Assembly: GCA_948663505.1 (NCBI GenBank)
Contig: CAPNAQ010000002.1
Span: forward strand, 1-32,560
Direction of reading: 5' to 3'
DNA length: 32,560 nt
From: an uncultured Clostridia bacterium
GTDB taxonomy: Bacteria; Bacillota; Clostridia; TANB77; CAG-508
Each line of letters begins with the position of its first letter. Positions within the stretch are counted from its first letter, which is position 1. The notes beneath the pieces are model-generated. The model did not search any database. It saw only the letters and a program-made list of their open reading frames with translations, and was not told where the DNA came from. The position numbers and the translations under genes are program-made. This document shows positions 1 to 7,142 of the stretch, one piece after another.

Positions 1-40
1 AGAAAATATAAATAATATTAATCTATAAATATGTTTATAT

Positions 41-1132
41 TTATTTCTCTACAATTATTGCATTTGGTAAATATCTTTCTCCTATTGGTGTTGAAGTTTT
101 ATTAACAACTTTTCCATTATAATACATTGTAGCTGATGACCCTCCATCTAAATTAGCTGCATTATAAGCATCATACTTATTAAATATTTTCTGCAATTCT
201 AAGAAGTTTGTTCCTAAACTATAACCTGGTTGTCTTCCATCTATAGCAACAAATATAAATGTTCCATCTTTTCTTTGGCCTATTGCCATTCTAGGATGTA
301 TTCCTCCAGAATTTGAATTTGTAATTTGATTTTTACCATTTACTATAATATATGGTCCAAATTCAACAGCTGATTCTATTCCAGCATTTATCGCTTGTTG
401 ATATGTATATTTTCCAAGTACTAATTTACCCTCTTTACTTAAACCAATTAAACTATATGTTGCATTTTTATTGCCATATTGCAACTTTTTATTAATAATA
501 GTAGTTTTACATAATTGATTACCCATTCCTGTTCCTTCAGGATCATAAAATCCACCAGCATTTATACCTGCTATTGCATTATTTTCTTTAACAATTTGAC
601 TTAACTTTGTTCCACTATTATTTTTTCTGCTATCCACTAATTTAACTTTTGAAGCATCTGGAACTATCATTACATATCCAACATAATTTTTTCCTGTTAT
701 TTTTTCTACAGTTATATCTTTTTTCTCTTTATCTAAAACAATTGTAATTGCATCTGAATCTGAATCTTCATTATTTTCAACTTCAAGTTCTTTTAATATC
801 TCATCAATTTCTTCTTTAGATAAAAACCATGTTGCTAAATATTGATGATTCATTGTTGACATTGCCGTTGCTACCCATAATTGTTTATACTTTTTAAATA
901 AATTTGTTTTAAAAAATAAACCTATAAATATTATTCCCAAAACTATTAATACAATTATAATTTTTAAAAATAAAAACATTTTTTGCTTTAATGTTTTTTT
1001 CTTTTTTTGTTTATTTTTTTTAGGTTGTTTATTTTGTATTCTATTTGGTTCTTTATTTTCTATATTCTTTTTTTCTTCATGTAATTTATACTCATTATTT
1101 AATATTACATTTGTCATTGTGTCTAAGTCCAT
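41..1132 (-). CDS. membrane-anchored phosphodiester glycosidase family protein (DUF2233/NAGPA-like)
   Basis: 363-aa ORF. Lys-rich N-terminus followed by one hydrophobic helix (FLFLKIIIVLIVLGIIFIGLFF). C-terminal domain has GINAGGF, HPRMAIGQ, VAIDGRQPGYS and NLDGGSS motifs typical of this family. Start codon is tentative because the RBS is distant. Confidence 0.75.
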   Translation of the reverse strand: MDLDTMTNVILNNEYKLHEEKKNIENKEPNRIQNKQPKKNKQKKKKTLKQKMFLFLKIIIVLIVLGIIFIGLFFKTNLFKKYKQLWVATAMSTMNHQYLATWFLSKEEIDEILKELEVENNEDSDSDAITIVLDKEKKDITVEKITGKNYVGYVMIVPDASKVKLVDSRKNNSGTKLSQIVKENNAIAGINAGGFYDPEGTGMGNQLCKTTIINKKLQYGNKNATYSLIGLSKEGKLVLGKYTYQQAINAGIESAVEFGPYIIVNGKNQITNSNSGGIHPRMAIGQRKDGTFIFVAIDGRQPGYSLGTNFLELQKIFNKYDAYNAANLDGGSSATMYYNGKVVNKTSTPIGERYLPNAIIVEK

Positions 1133-1350
1133 TTTTAGGTATCATTCCTCTCTTGATTAATAAATTTTTTCTTAAGTTTAACAAATCTTGTCGAATTATA
1201 TCATTAGTAAATAAATATGTCAAAAATTTCTTAATTCAAGTTTCATTTTTATAGCTTACTAATTTGATTATAGAAAAAAGATATAGTTTAAAAAACTGAA
1301 CATAAACTTCTTAATCTTAGGAATAATATTTAAATTAACATTAATAAGAT

Positions 1351-2031
1351 TTATTTATTAGAAATATGTATATTTTCAATTTGTGCATTCATTTCCCTAG
1401 AAACAATATTTTGGATTTGAGCAATCTGTTCTTTAGAAAGTTCCTTAGTACCAATAATTACACTAATACTATCACCATTAACAAAAATAACACTATTATC
1501 AAAACCCTTTGTCTTAAATAAATTCTCACAAATCATAATTCTATTTTTAATATTATTAATTTTAGTAATTTCTTCAGAAGCAGACTGTCTTTGTGTCTCT
1601 AAAGAATTTGCATTATTTAAAACCTTTTCATAGGTTGCAATCATTTGAGAATACATAGTATCCCTTTCTAATTTAGAAGTAGTAAAATAATCATCACTAT
1701 TAGAAGATTTCGAATTTGTAGTTACAGTATTATTTTCAGCTACAAAATTTTCAGTTACTGTGTTATTTGTTACATTATTTGTTTTATTATTTACTGTGCT
1801 GTTAGTTTTATCATTAGTTGTATTTTTATTTGTATTATTAGAAACAACATCATTACTACTAACTAATTGAGCATCTCCAATATTTGACATTTCCAACATT
1901 TCTTCTTCAGTTGCACTTGTTTGATATGAAGTATCTAATTTATTTGAACTAGTATAATTTAAATATCCTGCTGTTACTAACATTAAAGCAATAACATAAA
2001 TAATAATTTGATTTTTCTTAAACATTTTCAT
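1351..2031 (-). CDS. spoIIIAH: stage III sporulation protein AH
   Basis: Last gene of the spoIIIA cluster. N-terminal TM helix, Asn/Thr-rich linker, and a C-terminal YscJ/FliF-like domain (...DSISVIIGTKELSKEQIAQIQNIVSREMN...). Start moved to the ATG at 2031, which follows a GGGAGG RBS (MKMFKKNQ...). Confidence 0.75.
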   Translation of the reverse strand: MKMFKKNQIIIYVIALMLVTAGYLNYTSSNKLDTSYQTSATEEEMLEMSNIGDAQLVSSNDVVSNNTNKNTTNDKTNSTVNNKTNNVTNNTVTENFVAENNTVTTNSKSSNSDDYFTTSKLERDTMYSQMIATYEKVLNNANSLETQRQSASEEITKINNIKNRIMICENLFKTKGFDNSVIFVNGDSISVIIGTKELSKEQIAQIQNIVSREMNAQIENIHISNK

Positions 2032-2057
2032 ATTTATATCCTCCCTTGATATTATGT

Positions 2058-2078
2058 AAATGTCCAACGGGGACATTT
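2058..2078. repeat. ATGTCC/GGACAT hairpin family, copy 1
   Basis: AAATGTCC-aacgg-GGACATTT. The 17-mer ATTATGTAAATGTCCAA is shared with 11770..11786. Confidence 0.6.
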
Positions 2079-2083
2079 CCTTT

Positions 2084-2163
2084 CACTTCGCTTCGCTCGT
2101 TCATCGTCATCCAAGATTTTTCTTTGAAAAATTTCGTCTGCCAAATTTCTCAGATGACTTATG
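2084..2163. repeat. intergenic repeat family S, copy 1 (between spoIIIAG and spoIIIAH)
   Basis: See 14555..14640. There is also partial similarity to 27112..27135 (ATTTTCGTCCTAACAGATGATTAG vs ATTTCGTCTGCCAAATTTCTCAGATGACTTA). Confidence 0.55.
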
Positions 2164-2175
2164 TAGAGCTCGACA

Positions 2176-2803
2176 TTATTGCATTTCAAATACTTGTATT
2201 TTGTGTGTTGCAAGTCCTGTAACTGCTTCTACTGCCTGAATTATATTGCTTTTTACACTTGCATTTGATGCTCCTTTTGCGGTAATAATTGCCCCTTCTA
2301 TTTTGGGCTGTGTTGTTTTTTGAATTATTGGTGTTTTATCTCCACTATCTTCTTGGTATACTATTTCTTTTTGTGTATCTGTTTCTTCAATTTTTCGTAT
2401 TCCTCCTGATGTGTCTGTTTCTTCTGTTGTACTTGTCTTTGAGTTTTCATTATACATTGCAACTGTTTCGCTTGATTCTGAATAATTTATTAGTACTTGA
2501 ACATTTCCAACTCCTTGTATTTGGCTTAATATTGATTCTAATCTTTGTTCTAAATTATTCGAGTTTACATCATATTCACTGTCATTTTTTTTTGAGCTTT
2601 GCATTGCAGCTAATTGTTTTCCTGCAGAATTAGTTATTGTTTTATTTGAACTTTTTTTACCATTCCAGACATAATTTATTATTACAATTGTAATTATTAG
2701 TATTACTATAAAAAACACCAAATTCTCAATTTTCTTTTTGTCATTCCCTTCACTACCGATTACTTTCTTTGCTTATAAGCTTTTTTAACTTATCTTTAAA
2801 CAT
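2176..2803 (-). CDS. spoIIIAG: stage III sporulation protein AG, with a single +1 frame break at CGG 2758..2756
   Basis: An ATG at 2803 has a GAGGTG RBS and overlaps the end of spoIIIAF. It opens MFKDKLKKLISKESN, then reads CGG TAG. The tracked ORF 2176..2721 is in the +1 frame, and that frame is already open from 2772. Skipping the C at 2758 gives ...SKESN-GSEGNDKKKIENLVFFIV..., about 208 aa. The C-terminus (IEGAIITAKGASNASVKSNIIQAVEAVTGLATHKIQVF) is typical of SpoIIIAG. Confidence 0.75.
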
Positions 2804-3423
2804 TTTTCATTCACCTCGTATTCTTGAATTAAAAATTTTTTTATTATTTCTATATCAGTTTTTGTTATATTACTTTCTTGATTTTCTTCTTCCTGCTCTT
2901 TTTCTGATATTTTTATATCTACTTTTTGTATTTTTTGAATTTCAGTTAATAATTTTTCTTCTATACTTTGTTTTTGTTTCTCTTCTTCACTTTTTTCAAT
3001 TTTCTGTTTTATTTTTATAGTTATTTTTCGTATTCCACTATCATTTTCATTTTGTGAAACTTCTGCTTCTACTTTACATTTCTCTACTTCATATCCCTTT
3101 TCCTTAATTTTATTTGTAATATCCTTTTCTAATTCTTCTTTATACATTTGATTTAACCTTAGATCCATTGAGCTTTGATCTACTTTTTCATTGTTATATA
3201 CATTATTTGAATTTTCAATAAAACTATCAACATCCATAATATTAAATTTTATGTTATTACTATTTTCTATAAATGGTGATAATATACTAAATAATATATA
3301 TAATCCCATTACTGTTTTTATGTATTTCTTTGTTTTGTTATTTGGAAGTAACATTTCTAATATTGAGATAATTATAACTGCTAAACATAAATTTTTTACC
3401 CACGAACTTAAAAATGCAATCAA
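2785..3423 (-). CDS. spoIIIAF: stage III sporulation protein AF
   Basis: 212 aa. Two N-terminal TM helices (MIAFLSSWVKNLCLAVIIISILEMLLP...), a charged C-terminal domain, and the expected position between spoIIIAE and spoIIIAG. Confidence 0.8.
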   Translation of the reverse strand: MIAFLSSWVKNLCLAVIIISILEMLLPNNKTKKYIKTVMGLYILFSILSPFIENSNNIKFNIMDVDSFIENSNNVYNNEKVDQSSMDLRLNQMYKEELEKDITNKIKEKGYEVEKCKVEAEVSQNENDSGIRKITIKIKQKIEKSEEEKQKQSIEEKLLTEIQKIQKVDIKISEKEQEEENQESNITKTDIEIIKKFLIQEYEVNEKCLKIS

Positions 3424-3438
3424 TGTAAAATCCTCCTA

Positions 3439-4614
3439 TTACCTATACATCATTCCAGAATTAGACATTCTTATTAACAATGTTGTTCCAATAATAACCA
3501 TAAATGATATTGCTGCTATAATTCCTAATAAAATTTTAAAGATATCAGATATTTGCTCAATTAGTTTAACTATTTTCTCATCTGCAATAACCCCACTAAT
3601 ACTTGCAACTAATTTATATGATATTGTTAAAACAGATAATTTTAATATTGGCATTATACATATTCCAATTATTATTATTACTCCTAAAAAACCAACTGCA
3701 TTTTTTAATATTATTCCACATCCTAATACACTATCAACAACATCTCCCAGAATTTTACCTACTACTGGTATTGTACTACTAACAATCGTTTTTGCTGTTT
3801 TTGCTGTTATTCCATCAATGCTACTTGATAATGTTCCTTCTAATGATACTATTCCTGTAAAAATAGTAAGTACAAATCCTAATAACCATAATGTACTTGA
3901 TTTTAAGAACTTTCCTATTTTTTCAACTTGAATTTTATCTGATATTTTTGATATTATACTTATTGATGTTATTACAAGTATTACTGGTATTAAAACATTT
4001 TGTATCAAATTTCCTATAAAATTTATCATAAATAATATTACTGGCTCTAATATTGTACTTGTAGTAATACTTCCTGTATATAACATTAGAGATATTAGTA
4101 TTGGTATTAGTGCATTCATAAATCCTATTAAATTTGCTGTTGTTTCTTTTACCATATTAATTATATCTGAAAAATTACTCATTATAATTGTTACTATTGC
4201 TATATATTGAACATAATATATTAATTTAGATATATTATCATTTTCTAGACTTTCACTAATTGATTTTAATATGCTATGTATAACAATTATTACTAATATG
4301 CTAATTAGACTTTTTATACCTATTTTTATTTCTGTTCCTAATAAACTAATTGCTTTTTTGTATATTGTGGAATTGTCAATCTCTCCTTTTATTGCTGAAT
4401 TTAATATTTCATTTATGTCTATGTCTTCGAAAAACTCACCTGTATATTTTTCAGATTGTTCGATAAATGAACTTATTCCAAATGTTTCTTTTTGATCACT
4501 AATCGTGTTTTCACTTGTATTTTCATTTTTACTTTCTGAATATGTAATGTTTGCTGTTAATATTATAATTAACATTATTATTATTGAAATTAAAATCTTC
4601 TTTTGTATTTTCAC
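3439..4614 (-). CDS. spoIIIAE: stage III sporulation protein AE (polytopic membrane protein)
   Basis: 391 aa with a signal/TM sequence followed by multiple TM helices. Conserved ...SSIDGITAKTAKTIVSSTIPVVGKILGDVVDSVLGCGIILKNAVG... block. Operon position fits. Confidence 0.88.
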   Translation of the reverse strand: MKIQKKILISIIIMLIIILTANITYSESKNENTSENTISDQKETFGISSFIEQSEKYTGEFFEDIDINEILNSAIKGEIDNSTIYKKAISLLGTEIKIGIKSLISILVIIVIHSILKSISESLENDNISKLIYYVQYIAIVTIIMSNFSDIINMVKETTANLIGFMNALIPILISLMLYTGSITTSTILEPVILFMINFIGNLIQNVLIPVILVITSISIISKISDKIQVEKIGKFLKSSTLWLLGFVLTIFTGIVSLEGTLSSSIDGITAKTAKTIVSSTIPVVGKILGDVVDSVLGCGIILKNAVGFLGVIIIIGICIMPILKLSVLTISYKLVASISGVIADEKIVKLIEQISDIFKILLGIIAAISFMVIIGTTLLIRMSNSGMMYR

Positions 4615-4657
4615 ATTTTTTTAACCTCCATAACTACTATATTAAATATTGCTCTTT

Positions 4658-5047
4658 CTAAGTTGGCATAATTTTTAATATAATCTCTAATAAATTTGAT
4701 ATTATAGGTATTGACATAGAAATTATTATAATTTTACTACCTAACTCTATTTTACTTGCAATTGCAGCTTCTCCTGAGTCTTTACAAATACTTACTGCAA
4801 ATTCTGATAAAAATGCAATTCCTGTTATTTTTATTAATATTGCAATAAATTGTGTATTTATGGAATATTTATCTTGTATTGATTTTATTAAACTTATTAT
4901 TCCTGTAAGTTTGTCCATTACTAACATTAGTATTAATACTCCTGTTAATATACTTATGAATACTGCATATTCTGGTCTATATTGTTTTAACATTACTATA
5001 ATTATTAATGCAATAAGTGCTATTCCAATTATTTTTATAATCTCCAT
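4658..5047 (-). CDS. spoIIIAD: stage III sporulation protein AD
   Basis: About 129 aa from the ATG at 5047 (MEIIKIIGIAL...). The tracked ORF starts at a GTG at 5068, only about 1 nt after the spoIIIAC stop. Conserved ...FAVSICKDSGEAAIASKIELGSKIIIISMSIPII... block. Confidence 0.85.
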   Translation of the reverse strand: MEIIKIIGIALIALIIIVMLKQYRPEYAVFISILTGVLILMLVMDKLTGIISLIKSIQDKYSINTQFIAILIKITGIAFLSEFAVSICKDSGEAAIASKIELGSKIIIISMSIPIISNLLEIILKIMPT

Positions 5048-5071
5048 ATTTTTATCAACCTCTTTCACTAC

Positions 5072-5266
5072 TTACAAATTAAAGAGTGTCCTAACAGTAT
5101 CAAATAATCCACTTATTTCTTTTATTACCATTGTTAAAACAATTACCAATCCAGCTAATGTTGTCATCATTGCTTGATCTTCTCTTCCTGCTCTTACTAA
5201 TACTTGATATAAAACTGCTACTAATATTCCTATAGCAGCTATTTTAAATAATAAATCAATACTCAT
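5072..5266 (-). CDS. spoIIIAC: stage III sporulation protein AC
   Basis: 64-aa two-TM protein with the characteristic ...RAGREDQAMMTTLAGLVIVL... motif. GGAGGGG RBS upstream. Confidence 0.9.
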   Translation of the reverse strand: MSIDLLFKIAAIGILVAVLYQVLVRAGREDQAMMTTLAGLVIVLTMVIKEISGLFDTVRTLFNL

Positions 5267-5294
5267 ATTCCTACCCCTCCAATTTATTTAAGAT

Positions 5295-5312
5295 ATGTCC
5301 CTAAATGGACAT
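5295..5312. repeat. ATGTCC/GGACAT hairpin family, copy 2 (between spoIIIAB and spoIIIAC)
   Basis: ATGTCC-ctaaat-GGACAT, immediately after the frame-corrected spoIIIAB stop. Confidence 0.5.
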
Positions 5313-5822
5313 TATATTAATATTATTACTATAGCCATACCTATTGCTGTTCCTAACTTTTGATATAATTTTTCATTTTTGTTCTTTTCTTCTAATGCTT
5401 GTGTTATTTGCTTTTCCAAAAAGCTTTCTGTTAATTCTATTTGGCTTATTTGCCCTTCTGTATCTGTTGTTCCGTAATAGCTTTGATAATGTTTTTATTG
5501 CTTGCTTGTCCTCTTTTTTTAGATTACTTTCAATTTCTTCTACTGCTTCTTCCCATGCTATACTTGCTGTGCCATTTTTCATTTTTTCTTTTGCTTCTCT
5601 AAATAGTTTTGATATATTTGTATTTGCAGTTTTTGATATTTCATTAAATATTTCTGGTATGGGATTATATGTAAATTTAATTTTTGTTTTAAATATGTTT
5701 AGTGCATTTTTTATTTCTTCTAATTCTTTTAGTCTGTATGAATATTGTTTTGATATGTATCTTCCTATTAGTACTGATGATGTAAATATAAAAAATAACA
5801 TACAATATTTGATAATTTGCAT
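5312..5822 (-). CDS. spoIIIAB: stage III sporulation protein AB, with a single +1 frame break at CGG 5474..5472
   Basis: The tracked ORF 5373..5822 turns into an Arg/Asn-rich nonsense tail after ...KTLSKLL-R(CGG). The +1 frame starting at GGA 5473 reads GTTDTEGQISQIELTESFLEKQITQALEEKNKNEKLYQKLGTAIGMAIVIILI and stops at 5314..5312. That is the canonical SpoIIIAB C-terminus including its terminal TM helix. The joined length is 169 aa. Confidence 0.8.
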
Positions 5823-6040
5823 TTCTTATCATCCCCTTCTTTTAAACTGCCTCTTTTTTTCTTTATATTATATGCTCGCTTTTTTATTTTAGAACTATTT
5901 TACGTTTCAATTTTTTGAAAAATATATTATTTAGAAAAAAGATAAAACCGAAACTTAAACATATAATTAGTTGAAAGTTATCTGCCTTTATGCTATTATA
6001 AATGCATATAAATCGTAGAATCTGAAAGGAGATAATATTT

Positions 6041-7111
6041 ATGAATAATAAAAATACATCTGAGTCAATAAGTATAACTAAAATAGATAATAATTTAATA
6101 GATATTGAAAAAATATATGATGATATTAGAAATAAAATTATTGTAGCAAGAGGAAAAATGCTAAAACATATAGATACAACTATGGTCGAAGTTTATTGGT
6201 ATGTTGGAAAAATAACCTATGAATTATCTCAAAATGGTAATAAAGCAAGCTATGGAAAAAAAATAATAGAAGCATTGTCAAATAAATTAACTGATGAATT
6301 TGGAGGAGGTTTTTCACCAGCTAGTATAAGAAGAATGCGTAGGTTTTATGAAATGTATCCAATTTGGTCGGCAGTGCCGACCGAATTAAGTTGGTCACAT
6401 TTTCAAGAACTAATAAGAATAGATAGAAAAGAAGAAAGACAATTTTATGAAATTGAATCAATTAAATCCAATTGGGGTTATAGAGAATTAAATAGACAAA
6501 TAAATACAAAACTATATGATAGATATTTAATATCTCCAGATAAAAATAAGATTATGTCAGAGTCAACAAAAGGTCTAATTGAAAAGCAACCAGAGGAGCT
6601 TTTAAAAACTCCTTATATTTTTGAATTTGCTGGACTAAAAGAAAACAAAAATTATTTAGAAACAGATTTAGAAAAAGCATTACTTTCTCATCTAACTGAA
6701 TTTCTATTAGAACTAGGGAGAGGATTTTCATTTGTATCAAGTCAACAAAGAATTAAAATTGGCTCTGAATATTACTATCCTGATTTAATATTTTATAATC
6801 GTCTTGCAAAATGTTTTGTAATAATAGATTTGAAAATTGGAAAACTAACACATCAAGATATTGGACAAATGCAAATGTATGTAAATTATTATAAGAAGAC
6901 TCAAATGATAGATGGAGAAAATGAACCAATAGGAATACTATTATGTGCTGATAAAGATGATGCAGTTGTAGAAATGACATTAGGAGATGATATAAAAAAT
7001 ATTTATGCTTCAAAATATCTAACTTACTTGCCAACAAAAGAAGAACTAATTAAGATCATAAAAGATGAAAAAGAATTGATTGAATCAGTAAAAGAAAATG
7101 AAAATGAATAA
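6041..7111 (+). CDS. PDDEXK nuclease domain protein, DUF1016 / YhcG family
   Basis: 356 aa. N-terminal YhcG-like helical region (...ELSWSHFQELIRI...). C-terminal restriction-endonuclease-like core (...YYPDLIFYNRLAKCFVIIDLKIGKLTHQDIGQMQMYVNYY...). GGAG RBS. Confidence 0.8.
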   Translation: MNNKNTSESISITKIDNNLIDIEKIYDDIRNKIIVARGKMLKHIDTTMVEVYWYVGKITYELSQNGNKASYGKKIIEALSNKLTDEFGGGFSPASIRRMRRFYEMYPIWSAVPTELSWSHFQELIRIDRKEERQFYEIESIKSNWGYRELNRQINTKLYDRYLISPDKNKIMSESTKGLIEKQPEELLKTPYIFEFAGLKENKNYLETDLEKALLSHLTEFLLELGRGFSFVSSQQRIKIGSEYYYPDLIFYNRLAKCFVIIDLKIGKLTHQDIGQMQMYVNYYKKTQMIDGENEPIGILLCADKDDAVVEMTLGDDIKNIYASKYLTYLPTKEELIKIIKDEKELIESVKENENE

Positions 7112-7142
7112 TAGAAAAATGTAATAATTGATTGGAGGAAAT

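Noticed and set aside
3191-3931. Long + strand ORFs antisense to minus-strand genes. Examples: 3191..3931 (246 aa), 5344..5892, 2289..2633, 2769..3020, 4860..5177, 12705..13939 (series), 18199..18454, 20018..20353, 23225..23560, 29425..29934, 30329..30963.
   Set aside because: They are Leu/Phe/Ile-rich low-complexity translations, as expected when an AT-rich coding strand is read backwards. They have no RBS and no recognisable motifs, and each is fully nested in a well-supported gene on the other strand.
7128-7142. The TTG at 7128 as the uvrB start, as given in the ORF track.
   Set aside because: The GGAGG RBS lies inside that extension. The ATG at 7143, 4 nt downstream of the RBS, gives the canonical UvrB N-terminus [15 protein letters not shown].
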